A DNA stretch of 64,000 nt from a virus: positions 96,001 through 160,000 of the IMG/VR virus record IMGVR_UViG_3300028588_000016, one strand, 5' to 3'. Numbering within the stretch: position 1 is the first letter of the stretch; every line of letters begins with the position of its first letter. The notes under the pieces were generated by a model. It had not been told where the DNA came from, ran no database searches, and saw only the letters and a list, made by a program, of their open reading frames with translations. Made by a program: the position numbers and the translations under genes. This document shows, piece by piece, positions 48,302 to 56,524 of the stretch.

Positions 48302-48781
48302 ATGAAGAAAATAGCAACCATTTCTAACAACCCATTAGAAGCTAACAACGCCATTAAAGTCCTATCTGTAAAACAATACAGTAAAACTTACAGTAAACAA
48401 CGTAAAAGTGAAGTTAAATCACTTAATCGTGCCAATCTCACTGTGTCAAGCACACTTAATCAGAAAGAACGTAAATTTGCAATTATGTATCCATCAGCTT
48501 CGTCTGGTATATCTGTAAATCCTATTTACAATCTATCTATTAAAGAGATAAGAAAACAAGGTTTAACATACACCAATGTCACAACAATCACTGCTAAACA
48601 TTTAATGCAGATAGTAAATGAAGAATACGTATTCAAACAATTAGGTCTAAGACGTATTTACAATGGTGATGTTATTATAGACCTTAAAGAAGAAATTATC
48701 TACAAAGTCACCCCAAATGGTTTTGATAAGATTGCATTCAACGATTTCTGGCCATTAGTGGCAGTTAAAGCTGAAGCATAA
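48302..48781 (+). CDS. hypothetical protein
   Basis: 159 aa with A/C-rich leader. Confidence 0.65.
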   Translation: MKKIATISNNPLEANNAIKVLSVKQYSKTYSKQRKSEVKSLNRANLTVSSTLNQKERKFAIMYPSASSGISVNPIYNLSIKEIRKQGLTYTNVTTITAKHLMQIVNEEYVFKQLGLRRIYNGDVIIDLKEEIIYKVTPNGFDKIAFNDFWPLVAVKAEA

Positions 48782-49088
48782 GAGTCTGCACTTGATAGGT
48801 CAGGTTTATTAATTACAGTAATTTTGGGACAGTTAACCAAGCCACATCGCGTGACTTGGTTTTCTTTATTAAACAAACTCAACCAGGAGAGTATAAAATA
48901 GTTTGTGATCAGACTGGACGAAACATATATTTATGTCAAACTGTAAAACAATATTTAAAATGGTAATGATTCAAGGAGTTCTTATGTCTTTAGAAGACGC
49001 GAGAGAGTACGATTTCAATTAAACATTTATTAACCCACACAGTTAGAGTAACAGGTTATGCTGACTCTAACTTTAAAATTATTTTAAC

Positions 49089-49331
49089 ATGACATACCAA
49101 GAAAGAATTGATCTAGCTATATCAAAAGTAATAATGTATCAAGCAGATTCAAACTGCATTAGAGTGTTACACAGAACTGAAAGAGGTTTTAATGTAATCA
49201 CCTTTAGTTATTCTTGGTGTAACATGGAACTACTAAGAGATGCAAGAAAAGTAAACATAGATGTAAACTTATATACATTCAAACAATATTTAAACAATCT
49301 GTTAACACCTGTACTATTGTTGGCAGCTTAA
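49089..49331 (+). CDS. hypothetical protein
   Basis: 80-aa ORF. Confidence 0.55.
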   Translation: MTYQERIDLAISKVIMYQADSNCIRVLHRTERGFNVITFSYSWCNMELLRDARKVNIDVNLYTFKQYLNNLLTPVLLLAA

Positions 49332-49347
49332 TCTAAAACCCAACCCA

Positions 49348-49653
49348 ATGAAAAGATTTATCTTATTACTAGTTGTAGCTATGGTAGCTACACTAGCTTC
49401 GTGTTCTAAAGAGTCTGAACCAACAACAGACGATGTTCAAATCGATCAGTCTCAATTAAAGACTCAGATCATCATGAAAGTGAGAGACGCAGGAACAAAC
49501 TTCAAAAATTACATCTTAGTAGACAGCGTAACTAATATCTATGAATCAGGTGATTCAGTGATGTTTGACGTTAGAACACATAAGACGATATACGGAACTG
49601 AATTAGCAGACGTAAATCCAGATGATGTTGCTGTAGGTGTAATAGAGTATTAA
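49348..49653 (+). CDS. putative lipoprotein
   Basis: MKRFILLLVVAMVATLAS-C lipobox. Confidence 0.7.
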   Translation: MKRFILLLVVAMVATLASCSKESEPTTDDVQIDQSQLKTQIIMKVRDAGTNFKNYILVDSVTNIYESGDSVMFDVRTHKTIYGTELADVNPDDVAVGVIEY

Positions 49654-49710
49654 CCATTAAACAATGTAAGTGGATCCAACTACTTGCATTGTTTAATAAA
49701 TTCATTCACA

Positions 49711-49860
49711 ATGAGAAGAGCAAGACGTATTGGTGATGCACCAATTGACCATAAGAGAGAATTATCTAAGATAGAGATGCAATTAGACGCATTGAGCTTA
49801 GTTCGTACACAACTTAGAGCTAACTTCCAACGTCAGATGCGTGAGCAAGACAAGATTTAA
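49711..49860 (+). CDS. small helical protein (49 aa)
   Basis: Stop abuts next ATG. Confidence 0.5.
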   Translation: MRRARRIGDAPIDHKRELSKIEMQLDALSLVRTQLRANFQRQMREQDKI

Positions 49861-50223
49861 ATGGAGATCTTTAAGACTGCAATGAAGAGTTATACACCTG
49901 ATACGTGGATATCTGATATTGTAGGATTAACAGGTATTGCCAAGACTACGATCTCTAAATTAGTTAAAGGTCACAAGATCTCTGACTTACATTTACTAGA
50001 ACGTGATGAACTTGCAAACTATCGTAATCTATCTGATAGAAACGTAGAGATTCTTCTAGCTTTAGAAGCTAAAGGTCTATGTAAATACATGGAAAGTAAA
50101 CTAAAAGAAAACCCTGTTCCAATTATTCACAACGAAGTTAAAGGTTATTTCGATACTCCTGAATGGCAACAAGTATTTGCTAATCAAAGGGAAAGAGAAA
50201 GACTAAGAGCAGAAAATAAATAG
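49861..50223 (+). CDS. HTH-containing protein (XRE-like)
   Basis: IVGLTGIAKTTISKLVKG helix-turn-helix-like segment. Confidence 0.45.
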   Translation: MEIFKTAMKSYTPDTWISDIVGLTGIAKTTISKLVKGHKISDLHLLERDELANYRNLSDRNVEILLALEAKGLCKYMESKLKENPVPIIHNEVKGYFDTPEWQQVFANQRERERLRAENK

Positions 50224-50246
50224 CGCATAATCTATCACGATTAGGT

Positions 50247-50318
50247 CTATTAATAACCGGTTGCGTTGCTGCCATGCCTTTCGTCGCTGTACGTCTGTTA
50301 GCGACCGGTTATTAATAG
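50247..50318 (+). repeat. 18-bp hairpin upstream of ROOL-like RNA
   Basis: CTATTAATAACCGGTTGC / GCGACCGGTTATTAATAG. Confidence 0.85.
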
Positions 50319-50915
50319 GTTTAGGCCCTCAGAGGCGCTCAAGCTAGGCATAGCCCCAAAATCCATTACATGATGTGATCCCATAAAGACACATCGGCTG
50401 TCAAACAATCCTTAGTACTGCAAATATATGCCAGAGGATATGTAATGAGTATGATCGCAAATCATACAGAACCCACAAAGGCCTATCGAAGTCGAACAGA
50501 TAGGATTGCACCGACACAAAACTCTATGACAAGAGTTGACGACCAACATATGACGTTGAAAATAACCGGATCACACGTAGTCTATTACGTGCCACAACCA
50601 CACTCAAACGAACAGCCCGTAAAAAGCCGAAAGGCATGTGGGGCTGTCACGGTAGAAGTCCGGTATTAATAACTAGGAGTAGTCGCCAATTAAGGTTGAG
50701 CTTATCTAGCCGTGGAAGTCGGTTTATCATGGAAAGGTAACGTGGCCGCCTTTAATGTGCCCAATTCGAATACAACTTGCGTGGTTAATGCACAGCAAGA
50801 CGCAGGCGTATTCGGATACATTTAACCACACCGAAGAACCCTGAGCAAGTTCTGTATTTCAGCCGTCTGAAGTATTAAGTCTCAATTACAACACTAACAG
50901 TGCAAACCATTACGA
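50313..50915 (+). ncRNA. ROOL-like large structured RNA (~600 nt; boundaries approximate)
   Basis: Dense hairpins plus collinear blocks matching ROOL as I recall it: GCATAGCC, CCTTAGTAcTGCAA, AGGAGTAGTcGCCAATtAAGGTtGAGCTTATC, CGTGGAAgTCGGTTTATCAT..AAAGGTAACGTG, CAATTCGAATAC, CACACCGAAGAA, GTATTTCAGcCGTCTGAAgTATTAAGTCTCAA. Confidence 0.75.
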
Positions 50916-50940
50916 ATTAACTTCGTTAGGTTGGTCTATT

Positions 50941-50980
50941 TAAACAGGAAGTATAGAGTCGTTGACCGGCTTCCTGTTTA
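50941..50980 (+). repeat. 11-bp hairpin downstream of ROOL-like RNA
   Basis: TAAACAGGAAG / CTTCCTGTTTA. Confidence 0.85.
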
Positions 50981-51027
50981 CTTAGGTTTAGGTCTATAAG
51001 ATGCTCAAACTGTAAAACCCATTAAAG

Positions 51028-51252
51028 ATGAGAATAGAAATTCATTTAGGATATGCTCTCTATTTAGAGTGTATTCGCAAAGATCTTCAAGATCAAGCAT
51101 TAGATGTATTAATAGCTGGTCCAGATTCAGCATTAAGATGTCTGTTAGCAGATTTCAGAGAGAATAACAATCAAGCATCATTCAGCGAGTTTCATAAGTT
51201 CGCAATAGATGCCGCGATTATTGTCCAAGAATTCTTTTTACCAGAAATGTAA
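51028..51252 (+). CDS. hypothetical protein
   Basis: 74 aa with A/C-rich leader. Confidence 0.55.
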   Translation: MRIEIHLGYALYLECIRKDLQDQALDVLIAGPDSALRCLLADFRENNNQASFSEFHKFAIDAAIIVQEFFLPEM

Positions 51253-51368
51253 TGCAATTGATCAAAATTCAAGGAACATATGTAGATATATTGTCTATAG
51301 ATGTACCAGAGTAAGAACCTACAGTTAGCCGGCGATAACATCAATGGCTACTGTTTAAAATTAAAACA

Positions 51369-51545
51369 ATGGCACAAGAAACTGTAACAATAGAAGATAA
51401 AGACTACTTCATTGAGTGTAGAGATACAAAGATTGGTGATGTAGTGTATGATAAAAATAGTAAAACTACTTACGTAGCTAGTATATCAGATGCTGATGAT
51501 CTAAATTGGATCGTAGTAGAACAAATCAATCACTCAACTATTTAG
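51369..51545 (+). CDS. small hypothetical protein (58 aa)
   Basis: MAQETVTIEDKDY...; below ORF-track cutoff. Confidence 0.5.
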   Translation: MAQETVTIEDKDYFIECRDTKIGDVVYDKNSKTTYVASISDADDLNWIVVEQINHSTI

Positions 51546-51548
51546 TCA

Positions 51549-51743
51549 ATGAAATACTTAATACTTATACTCATCTTATCTACTTTAAGTTGTGGAGATG
51601 TAACAATAGCAAAACAAGTAACTAAAATAGAAAGATACAACAAAAAGCTTTCTTATTATTGGTATAATTACAGTAATGATCGTGTACTAGACACAAACAA
51701 TCGTTATAAGATAGGTGATACTGTAAACTTAGTAGAATACTAA
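51549..51743 (+). CDS. putative small lipoprotein
   Basis: MKYLILILILSTLS-C. Confidence 0.6.
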   Translation: MKYLILILILSTLSCGDVTIAKQVTKIERYNKKLSYYWYNYSNDRVLDTNNRYKIGDTVNLVEY

Positions 51744-51747
51744 CACA

Positions 51748-51969
51748 ATGGAGATAGAAATCAACGAAGAAAACCTAAACTTACTACTCAATCAAATAAG
51801 AAAACATCTGAATGATAACTCTATGGAGTTTATACTTCTTGGAAAAGATGTAACGTTCTTATCGGTAATGGACAAGATAAAGAAAGATGATCCTGGTCAT
51901 CCTATCGAAGTCTATCTATTAGCGAGTCGGTATATTAGTGATATCGTAGATGACTTCTTTAAACCGTAA
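51748..51969 (+). CDS. hypothetical protein
   Basis: 73-aa ORF. Confidence 0.55.
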   Translation: MEIEINEENLNLLLNQIRKHLNDNSMEFILLGKDVTFLSVMDKIKKDDPGHPIEVYLLASRYISDIVDDFFKP

Positions 51970-51999
51970 ACAATTTAAAAACCCATAAAACCCAAAACA

Positions 52000-52449
52000 A
52001 TGAATTCAACTCAAATCACACTAGGATCATTCAGAATGAAATCAGTGGCAAACAAAACAGTTACAAGAGTAGTAAATGCTGAACTAAATGAGTCAGGCAT
52101 GTTCTCTTTCAGTAAAGAAATGTTAAAGCACATTGGTCAAGGTATTCACCTTGTTAACCTAAAGAGTAAAGTATCTGATCCACAAGTATTATTGTCTTTA
52201 TTAGGCTTAATAACTGAAGCTTTATACGCAGAAGACGCTGATCTTGAGTTCGCTCAGAGAGAATTTACTCGTGAAGAAATTCACTTCATCCGCAAAGCTA
52301 TCTTAGCTAAGCTTGAACATTGCGAGAAACAAAAACAAGTTGAAGATGCTGATGAGAATACCACAGCGAAAACATTCAACGAAAACTCATACATCAATAT
52401 GAAGTTACTTCTTATTGACTTAGGTGAGTGGTTATCTGTTTCTATTTAA
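52000..52449 (+). CDS. hypothetical protein
   Basis: 149-aa ORF. Confidence 0.65.
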   Translation: MNSTQITLGSFRMKSVANKTVTRVVNAELNESGMFSFSKEMLKHIGQGIHLVNLKSKVSDPQVLLSLLGLITEALYAEDADLEFAQREFTREEIHFIRKAILAKLEHCEKQKQVEDADENTTAKTFNENSYINMKLLLIDLGEWLSVSI

Positions 52450-52516
52450 ACTTAATCATTAACTAAACCTAGATTGGGCGGACGTCGCTGTTTCGCCCTT
52501 TCTTAAACTTAACACA

Positions 52517-53026
52517 ATGAAGAAGATAATAGCAATAGAAACTTGGGGAGGGACCGCAGGTGGATATAAGGTAGAGTTAAACCTAGAATTAACTAAAGAC
52601 AGAGAATTAACGCAAGATGAAGTGTATTTTGCTCATACCAAAGTGCAAGAAATCATGGCGCACATAGACACCAACACGATTAAAACATCTGTTGAGTTTA
52701 TTAAAAATACAGCATCTGAACGTGAGCAACTGCTCAACTGTTTCGGTGATCATAAGATCTATGCCAAAGAAATACCATCAGAATATGGTAATCTTGAACC
52801 ATGGTTCTTAGTCACAACGCCTAAAGGTGTTATTAAGATTGGATGGCGTAAGCGTGTGATTAATATTGATTGGTCAGACTCTGATATTAAGTTCAAAACC
52901 GATGCAGAAGCTGCTATAGCCATAGAGATAGAAGATCTTCACCATACACACGGTAGAGATTACGTTCACGCTTATGGTTACGCAAAAGCAACTAAATACA
53001 TTCAACGCTTACTAAACGAAGAATAA
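52517..53026 (+). CDS. conserved phage hypothetical protein
   Basis: PWFLVTTPKGVIKIGWRKRVINIDW motif. Confidence 0.7.
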   Translation: MKKIIAIETWGGTAGGYKVELNLELTKDRELTQDEVYFAHTKVQEIMAHIDTNTIKTSVEFIKNTASEREQLLNCFGDHKIYAKEIPSEYGNLEPWFLVTTPKGVIKIGWRKRVINIDWSDSDIKFKTDAEAAIAIEIEDLHHTHGRDYVHAYGYAKATKYIQRLLNEE

Positions 53027-53242
53027 ATGCATTACGTACAGATAACAGACGAACAAGATATCAACTTCACTACTAATCTACCTATCATGCCTGAAATAGG
53101 ACATCATGTAGTAATAGACAATGAGTCACGTGAAGTATTAGAAGTTAGACATTTTATTAAACTTGATGGAGTGAGGACAACCTTCTTGAATACACAAATA
53201 TTAATTAATAGTACTTTCCACACATTACACAATGGACGCTAA
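53027..53242 (+). CDS. hypothetical protein
   Basis: 71-aa ORF. Confidence 0.55.
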   Translation: MHYVQITDEQDINFTTNLPIMPEIGHHVVIDNESREVLEVRHFIKLDGVRTTFLNTQILINSTFHTLHNGR

Positions 53243-53320
53243 AGAACCTTTATACTTAAATTCTTAGTTATACACGGTGGTGCTTGGATAAGACTATCGT
53301 GTACTTTTAAACTAAAACAA

Positions 53321-53650
53321 ATGAACAAGATACAAATCATCATCGCTTTTTATAGAAGTATGAAAACGTTTAGTAAACCTTTCAGTAAAGTAAACAATAA
53401 TCATTCGGGTATGTGTAATTTCTTTTATACCATGTATGCCAAGAGACAACTAAACGACGATAAAGCGCTAGAAAATCTTAGAATACTTAGAGGGATACTT
53501 GAACCAATGTATTTGAGTGAGTTCGAAGAAGGTAGATTACCTAGTTCAAATCAAGTGTATTGGTACTCTGTAAGTGAGTTAGGTAATAAACAAAGAGTTA
53601 AGCTTTTAAAGAAAGCCATCTACAAGACAATTAAATCCATATTCGTATGA
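53321..53650 (+). CDS. hypothetical protein, paralog of 55242-55583
   Basis: SGMCNFF...W......GNKQRVKLL. Confidence 0.65.
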   Translation: MNKIQIIIAFYRSMKTFSKPFSKVNNNHSGMCNFFYTMYAKRQLNDDKALENLRILRGILEPMYLSEFEEGRLPSSNQVYWYSVSELGNKQRVKLLKKAIYKTIKSIFV

Positions 53651-53835
53651 AAAGATTAACAACAATTCTATTACTAATAGGTGCATTTATTTGGTCTGTT
53701 GTGATAATTACAAACCCTCTTACAAGCTTAGCAATTTGTTTGTTTTGCTTAATAGCAGTAGCAATATTAGGAGGTTCTTTCTCCCTTTTCGGTAGTAGAA
53801 AAGCCTTATCAAGAGACATATACGTAAGAAGATGA
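53647..53835 (+). CDS. small membrane protein
   Basis: Two hydrophobic segments. Confidence 0.55.
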   Translation: MKRLTTILLLIGAFIWSVVIITNPLTSLAICLFCLIAVAILGGSFSLFGSRKALSRDIYVRR

Positions 53836-54224
53836 GAGCAGAATTAAAATTTACTGTATTAACAGCTAAATCAAACATACAACAATTTATGCAAGCTGCA
53901 GATGTATTCTCACCTCATAAAGTTTTGGTAGCAATACAAACAATGACTTTAACTGTTGAGTGGCCTCTCATAGATGCCGAATACATAGCTAAATGTCAAG
54001 ATAGTCTTAAACAAGCGTTAGAGAAATCTGGTTCTGTAATAACTTTTATGGGTTATCAAGGAGAAACTGAAGTTCCTGTGTATTTTAGACCAGAAGTACA
54101 ACAAATATCTAATGGTAAATCATGGGGTATGTTTCACAAATTCTTAAAGAGCATTGGCTACGAAGTAGAAACAAACGAATATGTGATGGTAACATCATGC
54201 AAAAGAATGCCGAAAGGTATTTAA
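53832..54224 (+). CDS. hypothetical protein
   Basis: 130-aa ORF. Confidence 0.6.
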   Translation: MRAELKFTVLTAKSNIQQFMQAADVFSPHKVLVAIQTMTLTVEWPLIDAEYIAKCQDSLKQALEKSGSVITFMGYQGETEVPVYFRPEVQQISNGKSWGMFHKFLKSIGYEVETNEYVMVTSCKRMPKGI

Positions 54225-54228
54225 AGAA

Positions 54229-54395
54229 TTAACCATTAACCGGATATCATAGGTAAGTCGGAATCATGACCCGGAACATAAATCTTCACATAAATAAAAC
54301 AAGAGCCTAGTGGAGTACGTGACAATATGTTCTAATAGCACTCGAGAAAGCTCTAGAAGGTAGCTGCGGGAGGCATAACGAAAGTTAATGGTTAA
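54229..54395 (+). ncRNA. candidate structured RNA, unidentified
   Basis: Perfect 12-bp closing stem TTAACCATTAAC/GTTAATGGTTAA with internal stems; no ORF. Confidence 0.5.
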
Positions 54396-54398
54396 AAT

Positions 54399-54482
54399 TA
54401 CGTCTTAGCTCAGTCTGGTCAGAGTGCCCGCATCCGCATTAACATAAGCGGGAGGTCCGAGGTTCGAATCCTTGAGACGTAA
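54399..54482 (+). tRNA. tRNA-like gene with 16-nt anticodon loop (possibly CAU-derived)
   Basis: Perfect acceptor TACGTCT/AGACGTA, D-arm, T-arm TTCGAAT; stem CCCGC/GCGGG encloses ATCCGCATTAACATAA. Confidence 0.8.
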
Positions 54483-54561
54483 CGACGTTACTAGCTAAAC
54501 GTCATTTGAGTACCGTTTTCGTTTAAATGGTGTGCAGGTTCTAGACGCCCTGCACACAACT

Positions 54562-54634
54562 TACACCGTAGCTCAGTTGGTAGAGCTTCCCGCTCTTAAC
54601 GGGAAAGTCCTTGGTTCGAGTCCAAGCGGTGTAA
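54562..54634 (+). tRNA. tRNA-Lys(CUU)
   Basis: Cloverleaf; loop CT-CTT-AA. Confidence 0.92.
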
Positions 54635-54639
54635 CAATA

Positions 54640-54712
54640 GACAATGTGGCTCGAGTGGCTAGGCGGCAGACTGCAACTCTGTCCTACAGCGGTTCGAATC
54701 CGTTCATTGTCT
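54640..54712 (+). tRNA. tRNA-Cys(GCA)
   Basis: Cloverleaf; loop CT-GCA-AC; U73. Confidence 0.9.
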
Positions 54713-54859
54713 CATTAATTGAATAACAGTATGAAACAAGCAAATAGCGGCTTTATGCACAGCACGCGAAAAATAAATCACTTCGAAACCGACTATCGGG
54801 AAAGCTTGGAAGGTCTGAATGCAAGCTTGTTATATCTGACTGCAGAGAAGATATAATAT

Positions 54860-55120
54860 GTGAGGACGTAGAGGAACACTATTAAACAATAATTGCTAAA
54901 CCCTGAAAGAAACTACGAGGTAACTCGTAGAATGGATGCTGTCATATGACTTACACAGCTATATACCATTGGGAGTGTCAAGCTAGATCCTTATTATCGA
55001 GTGCTGAAGATAATGAGGATGCTAAAGCAAGGGGTGAGAGCCCTGCAGTCACAATCATAAAGATTGAGAGCGTTAATTTAGATAGCAATTAGAGGGCGCG
55101 ATGCCCTCTATTGTTTTTAA
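54860..55120 (+). ncRNA. candidate multi-branched structured RNA, unidentified
   Basis: Closing stems AAACAAT/ATTGTTT and AATTGCTA/TAGCAATT enclosing five hairpins, two with GNRA loops. Confidence 0.6.
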
Positions 55121-55241
55121 TTGTCCACTATTCACATCCTAATCACTAAAGCTATGGAACCACTAGAAGCTTTATTAATCATTACAGGTATAGGAGCAGT
55201 ATTGCTCGTTTCTTATTTGTACAGCAAACACTTTATTGAAA

Positions 55242-55583
55242 ATGACAAAACAAGAAGTACTTAAAGAACTAAGGATAGCTAGATTCTGGTATTGGATCGG
55301 AATCTATCTTCCTTTTGCTGAAATGTTTATAAATATATTCAGCTACAAACCTAACACATCTTCTGGATTGTGTAATTATTTTAGAATAAGACACAGTAGA
55401 TCTAGATTTGTTAAGATGTATCTAGTTGATTTTGCTCCTAAAGCACTTAGAGAATGTAGATCAACAGCTTTTCTAGGCATAACAGGTATAGCTTGGTTTC
55501 CTATGACCCGTAAAGGCGATAAACAACGCTTAGAAATACTAAGAGAAGCTTATGAATATTATAAATACTTTGGAATAGAATAG
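55242..55583 (+). CDS. hypothetical protein, paralog of 53321-53650
   Basis: SGLCNYF...W......GDKQRLEIL; start taken as ATG 55242. Confidence 0.65.
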   Translation: MTKQEVLKELRIARFWYWIGIYLPFAEMFINIFSYKPNTSSGLCNYFRIRHSRSRFVKMYLVDFAPKALRECRSTAFLGITGIAWFPMTRKGDKQRLEILREAYEYYKYFGIE

Positions 55584-55597
55584 AGGAGGAACATTAA

Positions 55598-55972
55598 ATG
55601 GCAGAAGGATGCAGTGATGGAAACAGAGTCTTTCCTAACACAACAAATCGATTTGATATACCTTTCAATCCACGGGTTGAGAGGTTTTCTAATACAAATC
55701 CTATAATAATTAGGAACTGGGAAGGAGATCCAGTTAAATGTGGCATATTGAGAAGTAAACTCATGAGAACAGGTAAACCGTGCTTTATTGGCGAAGGTTT
55801 CCTATTTGGTTACGGAGAAGGAATAGTAGAGTACAATCCTATGGATAATACTTGTGCTCCACCTCCTGTTGAGAATGCTGACTTAGATACACTAACTCCA
55901 GCTCTATTAACGGTCATGACGGCACTTGTGTTGTTGAGACCTAAACGTTTACTTAGATGGTTTAACAAATAA
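55598..55972 (+). CDS. C-terminally anchored membrane protein
   Basis: Pro linker, hydrophobic helix, basic tail. Confidence 0.55.
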   Translation: MAEGCSDGNRVFPNTTNRFDIPFNPRVERFSNTNPIIIRNWEGDPVKCGILRSKLMRTGKPCFIGEGFLFGYGEGIVEYNPMDNTCAPPPVENADLDTLTPALLTVMTALVLLRPKRLLRWFNK

Positions 55973-56358
55973 TGCAAATACCTATACAAGAGGTACTAAA
56001 CCACAAAAAGTGGTTAGGTGCAGAAATAATCTCATCAGTCAGTAACATGACTAATGAAGAAGTTCATCAAATAGCTGAAAAAGCAAAAGAGCAAGGTTAC
56101 TACGAACTTAAAATCATAGTAAACGGTGTAACAACTGAACCTTATTGGTTAAAAGAAATGCTTGATAATACTGAAAAGTATATTGATGCAGAAGCTAAAT
56201 CGTTACAACGTAATCTATACGGTGACACCAATGATGAATTTAGAGAAGTTGTTAACAAGTTCACTCGTGAATTAGATGCAGCTAGATTAGCTTTATTTGA
56301 AAAGCATTTCACTCCTGAACAAATTCAAGAATTTGCTTATCATGACGGAAGCTATTAA
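55972..56358 (+). CDS. hypothetical protein
   Basis: 128-aa ORF. Confidence 0.65.
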   Translation: MQIPIQEVLNHKKWLGAEIISSVSNMTNEEVHQIAEKAKEQGYYELKIIVNGVTTEPYWLKEMLDNTEKYIDAEAKSLQRNLYGDTNDEFREVVNKFTRELDAARLALFEKHFTPEQIQEFAYHDGSY

Positions 56359-56524
56359 GAGAATACTCACACCTTGGAGTATTCACAAAACAAATTGGGA
56401 ACGTAATATGTTACATCTTATAGTAAAATGGGAAGTTCATTACGACATCCCTCAATACGGTGCTAGGCACATTACTTTCACGTTGAGTGATGGTAGTAAA
56501 CAAAATTTTAGCGAAACATTCTAA
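56342..56524 (+). CDS. hypothetical protein
   Basis: Likely ATG 56342 overlapping upstream stop. Confidence 0.5.
   Translation: MTEAIKRILTPWSIHKTNWERNMLHLIVKWEVHYDIPQYGARHITFTLSDGSKQNFSETF

Noticed and set aside
50445-50669. 74-aa ORF
   Set aside because: Lies entirely within the ROOL-like RNA and its sequence is explained by paired stems.
50700-50730. Group II intron domain V-like AGCCGTGGAAGTCGGTT
   Set aside because: Does not fit domain V geometry, no GUGCG 5' end or interrupted gene, and it is part of the ROOL-like block.
54483-54560. Possible degenerate tRNA between the odd tRNA and tRNA-Lys
   Set aside because: Only isolated hairpins (GACGTT/AACGTC, TGTGCAGG/CCTGCACA); no cloverleaf.
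54895-54935. Hammerhead-like CTGA..GA next to a hairpin (also CCGATGAG at 62162)
   Set aside because: Core deviates from CUGANGA and no matching GAAA/stem III arrangement.
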